A stretch of DNA of 64,000 bases from Alphaproteobacteria bacterium (GTDB lineage: Bacteria; Pseudomonadota; Alphaproteobacteria; Rs-D84). The number at the start of each line of letters is the position of its first letter. The first letter of the stretch is position 1. The stretch lies in assembly GCA_031549365.1 (NCBI GenBank), contig JAVBPX010000003.1, positions 1 through 64,000 on the forward strand, in the 5' to 3' direction. The notes beneath the pieces were generated by a model. The model had not been told where the DNA came from and searched no databases. It worked only from the letters and a program-made list of their open reading frames with translations. Of this stretch, positions 28,521 to 39,972 are shown piece after piece. Position numbers and translations under genes: made by a program.

Positions 28521-30926
28521 TTAACCCTTTATCACAAAATTGACCATTTTATTCGGAACAACAATTGTGTTTGTAATGTCGCCCGTCAAATATTTTTCGA
28601 CCATTTCACGGGCATTGGAAATTAGTTCTTGGCGGCCGATTTTTGTATCAACCGAAATTTCAGCACGACGTTTCCCATTTACCGATACAACAATTGTCAT
28701 GGTGTTCGATACCAATGCGGCTGGATCAAATGTTGGCCAAGGCGTAAATACCAACATATCGGAATGGCCCAATTTTTCCCACAATTCTTCACACATGTGT
28801 GGCGCAAATGGGTTTAAACATTTTAACAATGTTTCATAACATTCTGTCGGCACAGCATCATATTTATACAGAAAATTTGAGTATTCCATCATTGCCGCAA
28901 TCGCAGTATTAAATTTCATGGAATCAATTCGATCTGTCATGTCGGACACCAATTGGTTCATCATACGATTTTGTTCGTTGTCCATTTTTGCATCGATTGT
29001 AACACGGTCGAATAATCCTTCTACCCTCTTTAAAAACCTTGAAACGCCGGACAATGTTTCTTCGGACCAAATCATGTTTAATTCCCATGGACCCAAAAAT
29101 AATATGGTTGTGCGTGCGGCGTCAGCACCTGTTCGATCGGTTACAGTTGATGAACTGACCGCATTCCCCTTGGACTTTGACATTTTTTGACCGTCTTCGC
29201 CCATCATTAAACCGCTGGATGTGCGTTTGGAAAATGGTTCAGACGTTGGAACCAACCCCAGGTCGAACAAAGCCTTGTGCCAAAAACGAGCATACAATAA
29301 ATGACGGGTGTTGTGTTCATTTCCACCATTATAAATATCCACCGGCAACCAACGTTTTAATAATTTTTGATCCGCGAATTCATTATCATTATGTGGATCT
29401 ACATAGCGTAAAAAATACCATGATGACCCGGCCCATCCCGGCATAGTATCAGTTTCACGACGACCATCCCCACCGCATTTTGGACATTTTGTTTTTACCC
29501 AATCGGTCGCACGGGCCAAGGGGGATTCGCCATCATCTGTTGGACGAAAATCATCCATGTGCGGCTGCATAACTGGCAATTCATTGTCCGGAACCGGCTG
29601 CCATCCGCAATGTTCGCAATAAATTAATGGAATTGGTTCACCCCAATACATTTGTCGAGAAAATCCCCAATCCTTTAATCTGTATTTTGTAGTCTTGCGT
29701 GCAAAACCATGTTTTTCACCGTACTCAATGGCAAAATTAATGGCTTCATTTTTGCCCATTCCATCCAAAAATTTGGAATTGATGTGTGGCCCCTCGTCCG
29801 TAAATGCAGCCGCAGAAATATCTCCACCATCCAAGACTGGAATTATTTCAATATCGAATTTTTTTGCAAATTCGTAATCACGTTCATCATGTGCAGGCAC
29901 GGCCATAATTGCGCCATATCCGTAATTTGCCAAAACATAGTCCGAAATATATAACGGAATTTCAGTATTGTTATATGGATTTTCAACCATAATACCATCC
30001 AATTTAACGCCTGATTTTTCACGCGTCATATTTGTACGTTCGATTTCGGATTTTGCTGCGGCCATTTTTTGATATTCAATTACAGCATCAGGATTTTTAA
30101 TTTTGCCGTTCTCCAACCATTTTTTCACCAATTCGTGTTCGGGCGCAATTACACAAAATGTAACACCAAAAATTGTATCAACACGTGTTGTAAACACTGT
30201 CATAATGTCATCGCCAACACGAAAATCAACATCCGCACCGATTGATTTTCCGATCCAATTAATTTGCTCGGTCTTGACGCGTTCCGGATAATCAACGGTT
30301 GACAGATCATCAATCAAACGATCCGCATATTTTGTTATACGAATGTTCCATTGTTCTTTCATCTTTTTTTCTACTGGGCCGCCACAACGTTCACAACGCC
30401 CATCTTCCAATTCTTCGTTTGTTAAATTTGTTTTGCAATTCGGGCACCAATTCATTGGCAACGCGTCACGATAAACCAATCCTGCTTTGAAAAATTGAAT
30501 AAATTGCCATTGAGTCCATTTGATATATTCAGGATCCGATGTTGCGATTTTTGCATCTGGGTCAAACGATAATCCCATGCATTTAATTTGTTTTTCAAAA
30601 ATTTGTATTAATTCACGGACAGAATCACTGGGGTGTTTGCCCGCCTTGACCGCGTAATGTTCCGCAGCAATTCCCATGGAATCATAACCAAATGGATACA
30701 ATACATCGTACCCAGACATACGTTTATAACGCGCGATAACATCCATACCAGTATATGGCAACATGTGCCCAACATGCAGGCCCGAGCCCGACGGAAACGG
30801 GAATTCCACCAAATCATAATATTTTGGTTTTTTGCCATCGTTTGTCGGAGTAAAAGATTTGGCATCATTCCATTTTTTTTGCCATTTTTCTTCGCGGGAT
30901 AATATCTTTTTTATTATATCGTTCAT
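28521..30926 (-). CDS. leuS: leucine--tRNA ligase
   Basis: FPFPSGSGLHVGH, FTTRVDT, GAIMAVPAHDERD, RETDTM, KMSKS. Confidence 0.97.
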   Translation of the reverse strand: MNDIIKKILSREEKWQKKWNDAKSFTPTNDGKKPKYYDLVEFPFPSGSGLHVGHMLPYTGMDVIARYKRMSGYDVLYPFGYDSMGIAAEHYAVKAGKHPSDSVRELIQIFEKQIKCMGLSFDPDAKIATSDPEYIKWTQWQFIQFFKAGLVYRDALPMNWCPNCKTNLTNEELEDGRCERCGGPVEKKMKEQWNIRITKYADRLIDDLSTVDYPERVKTEQINWIGKSIGADVDFRVGDDIMTVFTTRVDTIFGVTFCVIAPEHELVKKWLENGKIKNPDAVIEYQKMAAAKSEIERTNMTREKSGVKLDGIMVENPYNNTEIPLYISDYVLANYGYGAIMAVPAHDERDYEFAKKFDIEIIPVLDGGDISAAAFTDEGPHINSKFLDGMGKNEAINFAIEYGEKHGFARKTTKYRLKDWGFSRQMYWGEPIPLIYCEHCGWQPVPDNELPVMQPHMDDFRPTDDGESPLARATDWVKTKCPKCGGDGRRETDTMPGWAGSSWYFLRYVDPHNDNEFADQKLLKRWLPVDIYNGGNEHNTRHLLYARFWHKALFDLGLVPTSEPFSKRTSSGLMMGEDGQKMSKSKGNAVSSSTVTDRTGADAARTTILFLGPWELNMIWSEETLSGVSRFLKRVEGLFDRVTIDAKMDNEQNRMMNQLVSDMTDRIDSMKFNTAIAAMMEYSNFLYKYDAVPTECYETLLKCLNPFAPHMCEELWEKLGHSDMLVFTPWPTFDPAALVSNTMTIVVSVNGKRRAEISVDTKIGRQELISNAREMVEKYLTGDITNTIVVPNKMVNFVIKG

Positions 30927-31083
30927 TATGATTTCCTGTATTTTGATAAATGCACCTCATATGATACCCTATTTCGTTTGGGTTTCAAGGTTTTTTTTCA
31001 TATTCAAACCGTTATTTAACGCGCGATTTTTTGTTAAAAATTGTCTTGCGTTTTTGGGATTATAAACCTATGATTGTGGCATT

Positions 31084-32616
31084 ATGACTGTATCATTAAA
31101 AACATTGGTATTTAACGGATTGAACGCGACACAGGTCGAGGTCCAAGTCCAAATTTTCGCAGGCATGCCCAAATTTAATATTGTTGGCTTGGCCGATCGC
31201 GCCGTGAATGAATCGAGAGAGAGAATTGAAAACGTTTTGGCCGCATTAAATTTATCATTACCGCCGAAACGATTGACCATTAATTTGTCCCCTGCGAATT
31301 TGGAAAAATCTGGATCACATTTTGATTTGCCAATACTGTGCGGAATATTGGTGGCTTTGAACGTATTGCCGCATGACTTATTGGAAAAATACATTATAAT
31401 TGGCGAAATTGGTTTGGATGGGACATTACAAAAAACCAACGGTGTTTTGCCTGCATCTGTATATGCGGCCGATCATGATTTGGGAATAATCTGCCCCGAG
31501 GCCCAGGGTGGCGAAGCCCGTTGGGCCGGACATACAAATATATTGGCGCCACGTCATATTTTATCGTTAATAAATCATTTTCGTGGCAATCAAATTTTAC
31601 CTGTTCCAAATGCTTCAAAACCAGATTCCGTATCAAAATCAAACGGTATGGATTTATCCGAAATTCGCGGCCAAGAATCCGCCAAACGCGCATTGGAAAT
31701 TGCAGCTGCCGGCGGTCACGCAATGTTAATGGTTGGGCCACCCGGATCCGGAAAAACAATGCTGGCATCGCGATTGCCTGGGATTTTACCACCAATGTCA
31801 ACGCGTGAAATGCTGGATTCATCGGTTATATATTCAATATCTGGGATGCTAACATCGGGCGGATTGATTTCCACACGACCGTTTCGTGCGGTTCATCATA
31901 CTGCATCACCCATTGCACTGGCTGGCGGCGGATCGGATGCAAAACCTGGGGAAATTTCATTGGCACATAATGGGGTTTTATTTTTGGATGAATTACCTGA
32001 ATTTCAACGAACCACCCTGGAAATTTTACGCCAACCAATTGAACAGGGAACAATTACAATTTCGCGGGCGAAAAAGAATGCAACATACCCGGCCCGCTTT
32101 CAATTAATTGCTGCTATGAATCCGTGCCCTTGCGGGCATTTGGGAAATGCGCAATTGGCTTGTTCCAGGGCCCCTCGTTGTGCCGAAGCATATCAAAATA
32201 AAATTTCGGGTCCATTATTGGACCGAATTGATTTACATGTTGATGTCGATCCTGTTAATCCATGGGATATGTCAACCGATACAACACGCGGGGAAACATC
32301 CGACATTGTACGAACACGCGTTATTCTGGCACGCGATCGCCAATTGGCACGTTCCGAAAAATTATTTGGGATGCCAATAATTAACGCGCATTTGGATGGC
32401 GACAAATTGGAAAAATCCGTTGTATTGGATCAAAAAACATCTGAATTTTTAAATGCTGCGGCTGAAAAAATGGGATTGTCGGCTCGTGGATATAACCGAA
32501 TTTTACGAATTGCGCGGACAATTGCGGATTTACATGGGGTTGACAATGTTTCATATGATGATGTTGTTGAATCGTTATCATATCGTCCGTTACGTCGTGG
32601 AAAATATGGCGCTTGA
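31084..32616 (+). CDS. comM: YifB/ComM Mg-chelatase-like AAA+ ATPase
   Basis: INLSPA..KSGSHFDL, GPPGSGKT, PGEISLAHNGVLFLDE, AAMNPCPCG, GPLLDRID. Confidence 0.93.
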   Translation: MTVSLKTLVFNGLNATQVEVQVQIFAGMPKFNIVGLADRAVNESRERIENVLAALNLSLPPKRLTINLSPANLEKSGSHFDLPILCGILVALNVLPHDLLEKYIIIGEIGLDGTLQKTNGVLPASVYAADHDLGIICPEAQGGEARWAGHTNILAPRHILSLINHFRGNQILPVPNASKPDSVSKSNGMDLSEIRGQESAKRALEIAAAGGHAMLMVGPPGSGKTMLASRLPGILPPMSTREMLDSSVIYSISGMLTSGGLISTRPFRAVHHTASPIALAGGGSDAKPGEISLAHNGVLFLDELPEFQRTTLEILRQPIEQGTITISRAKKNATYPARFQLIAAMNPCPCGHLGNAQLACSRAPRCAEAYQNKISGPLLDRIDLHVDVDPVNPWDMSTDTTRGETSDIVRTRVILARDRQLARSEKLFGMPIINAHLDGDKLEKSVVLDQKTSEFLNAAAEKMGLSARGYNRILRIARTIADLHGVDNVSYDDVVESLSYRPLRRGKYGA

Positions 32617-32648
32617 CATAATTTAATTTGTGTTTATTATTTCCATCT

Positions 32649-32837
32649 ATGAAAGATACAAACAAACCAAAACGCCGTTTTTTTGATCCAATTGAAAATG
32701 AATTTTTATCTGGATGCATTATTCCAATTGTTTTTTGGACGGCTGTTTTAATTGGCGTTTATCATATTGGATACTATCGCGGCAAAGCCGCACAACGCCA
32801 CCAAATCGAAAAATTACAATCCGAAAAATCCAAATAA
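32649..32837 (+). CDS. small single-TM hypothetical protein
   Basis: MKDTNKPKRRFF.. with one hydrophobic segment; TTGACA-16-TATTAT promoter immediately upstream. Confidence 0.6.
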   Translation: MKDTNKPKRRFFDPIENEFLSGCIIPIVFWTAVLIGVYHIGYYRGKAAQRHQIEKLQSEKSK

Positions 32838-35505
<2,668 letters not shown>

Positions 35506-35516
35506 TTATTCAACAT

Positions 35517-35546
35517 AAAAAACACCCGGATAACCGGGTGTTTTTT
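35517..35546 (-). terminator. intrinsic terminator after fabI
   Basis: AAAAAACACCCGG-ATAA-CCGGGTGTTTTTT. Confidence 0.8.
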
Positions 35547-35559
35547 GATTGTTTTCGAA

Positions 35560-36375
35560 TTATTCATCCATTGCTTTTAATACAACGTCTTTTAATTCAT
35601 TTGGCATCATACCTGTAATGCTGTAACCACAATCAACGTGGTGAATTTCACCAGTAACCGCAGATGAAAGCCCCGAGAACAAATACAGCGCAGCACCCGA
35701 TACATCATCCAATGTCATGTTGCGTTTTAATGGTGTTAAATCTGCGTTTAATTTCAACATTGCGCGGAAACCGCCAACGCCAGACGAAGCCAATGTCATA
35801 ATTGGGCCCGCAGAAATTGCATTAACACGGATATTTTTTGAACCCAAATCGCACGCCAAATAACGAACCGACGAATCCAATGCAGATTTTGCAACACCCA
35901 TAACGTTGTAATTTGGGACGGCTTTTTCACCACCGAAATATGTCAATGTTACGATTGAACCGCCATCGGTCAACAATTTTGAGGAACGTTTCGAAATATC
36001 AACTAATGAAAAAACCGAAATATCCATTGTGTTTTTGAAATTTTCACGACTTGTGTCAGCATACATTCCGTTTAATTCGCTTTTATCAGAAAAAGCAATA
36101 GCGTGCAAAACGAAATCCAATTTGCCCCATTTTTTTTCAATTGCGTCAAACAAAGCATCCATTTGTTCATCGTTTTGAACGTTTGTTTCCATAACGAAAT
36201 CCGCATTAATTGATTCTGCCAATGGGCGAACGCGTTTTTCCAACGCAGGCATCGCATAAGGCATTGCAATTTCGGCGCCATGTTCGTGGCATAATTTCGC
36301 AATCCCCCAAGCCATGGACATATCGTTGGCAACACCCATAATTAAACCGCGTTTGCCCGCAAGTAATTTTGTCAT
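35560..36375 (-). CDS. fabI: enoyl-ACP reductase
   Basis: GKRGLIMGVAN, PNYNVMGVAKSAL, VNAISAGPI; start at MTKLL. Confidence 0.96.
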   Translation of the reverse strand: MTKLLAGKRGLIMGVANDMSMAWGIAKLCHEHGAEIAMPYAMPALEKRVRPLAESINADFVMETNVQNDEQMDALFDAIEKKWGKLDFVLHAIAFSDKSELNGMYADTSRENFKNTMDISVFSLVDISKRSSKLLTDGGSIVTLTYFGGEKAVPNYNVMGVAKSALDSSVRYLACDLGSKNIRVNAISAGPIMTLASSGVGGFRAMLKLNADLTPLKRNMTLDDVSGAALYLFSGLSSAVTGEIHHVDCGYSITGMMPNELKDVVLKAMDE

Positions 36376-36508
36376 AATGTTTTCCTTTTTGTTAAACAGA
36401 GCCCCAGAATACCACCCAAACAATCAAAAGTCAATTTTTGATATATTTTGTTGACAAAGCCGATATTAACGTCTATATTGTGAATAAAATCAAATACGAG
36501 GTGATAAC

Positions 36509-36892
36509 ATGGTTAACAAAGACACTATTATTATGGCGAACGAGCTGAGAATCATCGCAAGCCACTGGAAAGTAATAACAGACATGTTTAAATTAATCGA
36601 AAAAACAATCACCCAATTTAAACGCGATGCAAAGAGTATTGTTAGATCCAAACAAAGCGAATTGTTTACTCGGCACGCATCAGAAATTCGCGGATACGCC
36701 AATGTAATAACAAGCCATTATCGCGAAATTAAAAAAAGCAAACAAATTATTACCAACTTGAAATTCGCAGAAAAAGAAAGATTGGAATACGAATTAGCCG
36801 CAGAAATTAGCAATACGCACGCATTTGAATCCAATTTCAAAAGCACCAAGGCACAATTAAAAGAATTGGGATTCCAGGGATTACATCGTTAA
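36509..36892 (+). CDS. lineage-specific helical hypothetical protein (ends GLHR)
   Basis: TTGACA-17-TATATT promoter and SD GAGGTG. Confidence 0.75.
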   Translation: MVNKDTIIMANELRIIASHWKVITDMFKLIEKTITQFKRDAKSIVRSKQSELFTRHASEIRGYANVITSHYREIKKSKQIITNLKFAEKERLEYELAAEISNTHAFESNFKSTKAQLKELGFQGLHR

Positions 36893-36906
36893 AACTGGGG
36901 GTTAAA

Positions 36907-37314
36907 ATGGGAAAACAAGAATTTGAAAATAAAATTCGAAACGATTTAATGATTTTCAAAACAAAAATGGATTTTTGTTTAATCCAGGTTGTTTCTATGT
37001 CTGAATTCTTGGATAATTTTGAAATGAAAGTTGGCGAACAAATTGGACAAAATAGTTTAAATCACATTTCTGCATCTGTTGTAAAAGAGCAAATTTTCTA
37101 TCTGTTTCGCATTTTAAAACCGTTACGCATTGCCGCAGGACAAGTTGAAAACCGATTAAAAAAATTAAACGCTTTTGACTATCGCCAAAACCATGAATTA
37201 ATTGAATTGATGAATATTGCTATGTCTGCCAGGGAAAAATACGATCGAATAATTCGCGACAATGCCGATCGATTTCAACGATTGGGATTGATAAAAAGCA
37301 CAATGACCAAATAA
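36907..37314 (+). CDS. lineage-specific hypothetical protein (ends MTK)
   Basis: SD GGGGG; co-oriented with its neighbours. Confidence 0.7.
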   Translation: MGKQEFENKIRNDLMIFKTKMDFCLIQVVSMSEFLDNFEMKVGEQIGQNSLNHISASVVKEQIFYLFRILKPLRIAAGQVENRLKKLNAFDYRQNHELIELMNIAMSAREKYDRIIRDNADRFQRLGLIKSTMTK

Positions 37315-37382
37315 ACATGCTTGACACAAATTATTAATTTGTGGCAAACCATAAACAGGATTAAAAACCAAAAGGATGAAAT

Positions 37383-38069
37383 ATGTTGTATGCTGTACAA
37401 AAACCTCAGACACCTGTTATTGCTTATCGAGGACCTGCAGATGATGCATTAAATAATAAACCTGGGGAAAAAAGATCCGAAGTAAAATTAAAACCGCACG
37501 AAAGGTTACAGCAAGCAATTGTTGATAAAAAAATTACGCTAAGCGAAAACGCAAGCGAAGATCAAACAATGTTTAACATTGGGAATTTACGTAAATATAT
37601 TAAAAAACAAAAGCAAATTGATGAAATTCCAGAAACTCAGAGATATTTGACCCAGCAAAAGGTTAATTGGACCGTTTACAAATGGTGTCTGGATGAAGTT
37701 TCCAAAACGTTAAATGAATATCACAAAGAAAAAAACAAAGACCCGCACGGCGCGTTTGGTTCGGCGTCCGTTGAATTAACTGCGTTAATGATGTATGCGT
37801 TCGAAGCACACGAACAATTGATTTCAACAAAAAACGTATTGCTGTCTAAAAGGATTAATTTGGATAACGGAAAAAACAATACAAAAAATCCCGAGTTTGA
37901 TAAATCAGTTAAAAAAATTATAAAAAAAGATCGCGAATGCGAAAAAATTGAACGCAGCCTTGCCCGACGCTTGTTAAAGGCAAAATTTATTGATATTTCT
38001 GTTGCCGAAGAACAACGAAATAAATTGTGCCGATATATGTATAAAATGGGCTTCTTTAACGAGAGATAA
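37383..38069 (+). CDS. lineage-specific hypothetical protein (ends FNER)
   Basis: TTGACA at 37321, SD AAGGA, terminator immediately downstream. Confidence 0.75.
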   Translation: MLYAVQKPQTPVIAYRGPADDALNNKPGEKRSEVKLKPHERLQQAIVDKKITLSENASEDQTMFNIGNLRKYIKKQKQIDEIPETQRYLTQQKVNWTVYKWCLDEVSKTLNEYHKEKNKDPHGAFGSASVELTALMMYAFEAHEQLISTKNVLLSKRINLDNGKNNTKNPEFDKSVKKIIKKDRECEKIERSLARRLLKAKFIDISVAEEQRNKLCRYMYKMGFFNER

Positions 38070-38099
38070 AAAACATCCCGGATTATTCCGGGATGTTTT
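38069..38099. terminator. bidirectional terminator
   Basis: AAAACATCCCGGA-TTAT-TCCGGGATGTTTT. Confidence 0.8.
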
Positions 38100-38118
38100 A
38101 TTGGTGAACACTACACCT

Positions 38119-38439
38119 CTAACCCTTTTTCACATCACGCAATTTTTTATAATATTCGGGTTTTACTGATATTGATGTTGTATAACGATTGATTATGTTG
38201 CCATCGTCGCCAACCTCGGCCACGGATATTTGTTTGGCCGTTTTCAAATGATTTCGAACACTTGTTGGCATTTCCGTCAAAACCAATCCTTCGACCATGT
38301 TTCTCCGTAACAACGCTGCCCGGCGCCCATCATAAATTAACACGGGTCGTTCAACGGGCGTCATGCGTTCACGCAATACCAAAACCCAGTCGGCATTGCG
38401 ACGCACAATCATGTCAAAATATGGTTCAATTGTAATCAT
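38119..38439 (-). CDS. hypothetical protein
   Basis: 106-aa ORF with PVLIYDG motif; TGATATTAT lies 6 nt before the ATG. Confidence 0.7.
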   Translation of the reverse strand: MITIEPYFDMIVRRNADWVLVLRERMTPVERPVLIYDGRRAALLRRNMVEGLVLTEMPTSVRNHLKTAKQISVAEVGDDGNIINRYTTSISVKPEYYKKLRDVKKG

Positions 38440-38522
38440 GTTGATATAATATCATAAAAAAGTCCAAATTTAAATATTTTTGGTATGGAACAAACGTATT
38501 CATTTATGATATGATTAAATAT

Positions 38523-38888
38523 ATGACAAACGACATTAACGACATTATGAAAACAATCCAATCAAAATTGGAAGATCCAAACCGTGGCGATGTTTTGCGT
38601 AACGCAACCGCACCTGAAAAAACACCAATCCAATCGATTGTCAAAAACTCAACTGTCGCGCAACAGGCAACTGGGCCTCAGCCACTACGATTGTCACCAC
38701 AAAATATTACTTCGGAAATTTATATAATTGCCCCATCTCAAATAAAATTGTTGTCGGCCGCATTATCAAAAACATTGGCAGGATCACTGAATTTACGCGC
38801 ATTAACACCAAAGATTCAACAGGTTTTGGACACCGCATTGATTGATACAATGAAATCTATGAAACGTACAGGATTTAAAAAAAGTTAA
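38523..38888 (+). CDS. hypothetical protein, PopZ-like architecture (tentative)
   Basis: N-terminal amphipathic DINDIMKTIQSKLED, P/Q/T-rich linker, helical C-terminus; TGATATGAT lies 7 nt before the ATG. Confidence 0.6.
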   Translation: MTNDINDIMKTIQSKLEDPNRGDVLRNATAPEKTPIQSIVKNSTVAQQATGPQPLRLSPQNITSEIYIIAPSQIKLLSAALSKTLAGSLNLRALTPKIQQVLDTALIDTMKSMKRTGFKKS

Positions 38889-39488
38889 TTATTTTCCAAC
38901 AACGTGTCGAATATATCCCGGCACAATGTCATCAGAAACAATATCCGAAGATATTATTTTTGCGCCATTTGGCAATATAAACCTGTTTACATCTAATTCC
39001 GTCGATATCGTATCAAGATTGGGATTAGAGCCCAAGTCAAATTTTAGATTATTAACAGAATTTTTATCCAAACCGTTTGAATACATATGAATTTGAAATA
39101 TTTCGCTACCACTATTTTTCATAATTGTATTAAAATCCAGCGGATCAATTTCTCCATTACACATCGCATATAGAAATGCGTTTGAAACACAAATTTTTGA
39201 AGGATCCAAATATTTCAGAATTTGCCATGCTGGGATTTTTGGATTGCGTAACTGAAACATTGCGAATCCTTTGGGAAAACGAAAGATTACATCCGGGTAA
39301 TAATTGCGAAGCAACATTAATTTTCCAAAATTGAATTGCAATTCGCCCCAAGGCAAAAATTCAGACATATTAAAATCAAAAACTTTATCACCGCGATCAA
39401 TGCTGGGCAAATAGCCAAAATCCAATAATTTTGTAATATTAATTGGCGCTTTCTGAGAAATTTGTTTTGTATGATGAAAGTATTTCAA
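38889..39488 (-). CDS. hypothetical protein (ends VGK), start uncertain
   Basis: 199-aa ORF filling the gap downstream of rnpB; TTGACA near 39547 on the minus strand. Confidence 0.6.
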   Translation of the reverse strand: MKYFHHTKQISQKAPINITKLLDFGYLPSIDRGDKVFDFNMSEFLPWGELQFNFGKLMLLRNYYPDVIFRFPKGFAMFQLRNPKIPAWQILKYLDPSKICVSNAFLYAMCNGEIDPLDFNTIMKNSGSEIFQIHMYSNGLDKNSVNNLKFDLGSNPNLDTISTELDVNRFILPNGAKIISSDIVSDDIVPGYIRHVVGK

Positions 39489-39554
39489 GTTATTTATCCA
39501 GGTTATGTGCGGGCCGGATAATGTACCAAAATAATTTAAATGTCAAGAAAATAA

Positions 39555-39843
39555 GAGAGGGATCAATAAGCCGGATTCTGTCATGGACGATGATTCATCT
39601 GCGCAATAATGTTACCATTATACGTCAAGCTGCCTACCCGGTGGCATTGGGGAACACAATATTACCACCCTATTTGGCATTGCTGCGGACAGAGTTTACC
39701 GCGTTTCACTCCGCACTTAAACGGCTCGTCTCTGTGGCACTGGTCCTGGGGTTGCCCCCGGTGGGCGTTACCCACTGTCCTGTTCCCAGCAGTCCGGACT
39801 TTCCTCGGACATGTTTCCATGTCCGCCATCGTCTTGACCCCTC
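39555..39843 (-). ncRNA. rnpB: RNase P RNA, reduced type A (~290 nt)
   Basis: Minus strand GAGGAAAGTCCGGACT, AGTGCCACAGA, GTGAAACGCGGTAAACT and ACAGAATCCGGCTTAT; P1-P3 pairing intact. Confidence 0.95.
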
Positions 39844-39972
39844 GGGCACCAATATACGTTTTTTTCAGAGAATTGCAAGATATTTATAAAAAGTTCAACC
39901 ATTCAGTATTGACATTGATGGCCACTTCGGCTATATATAGAGGGTTATCACAATTTACGGAAAGGAAGTATA

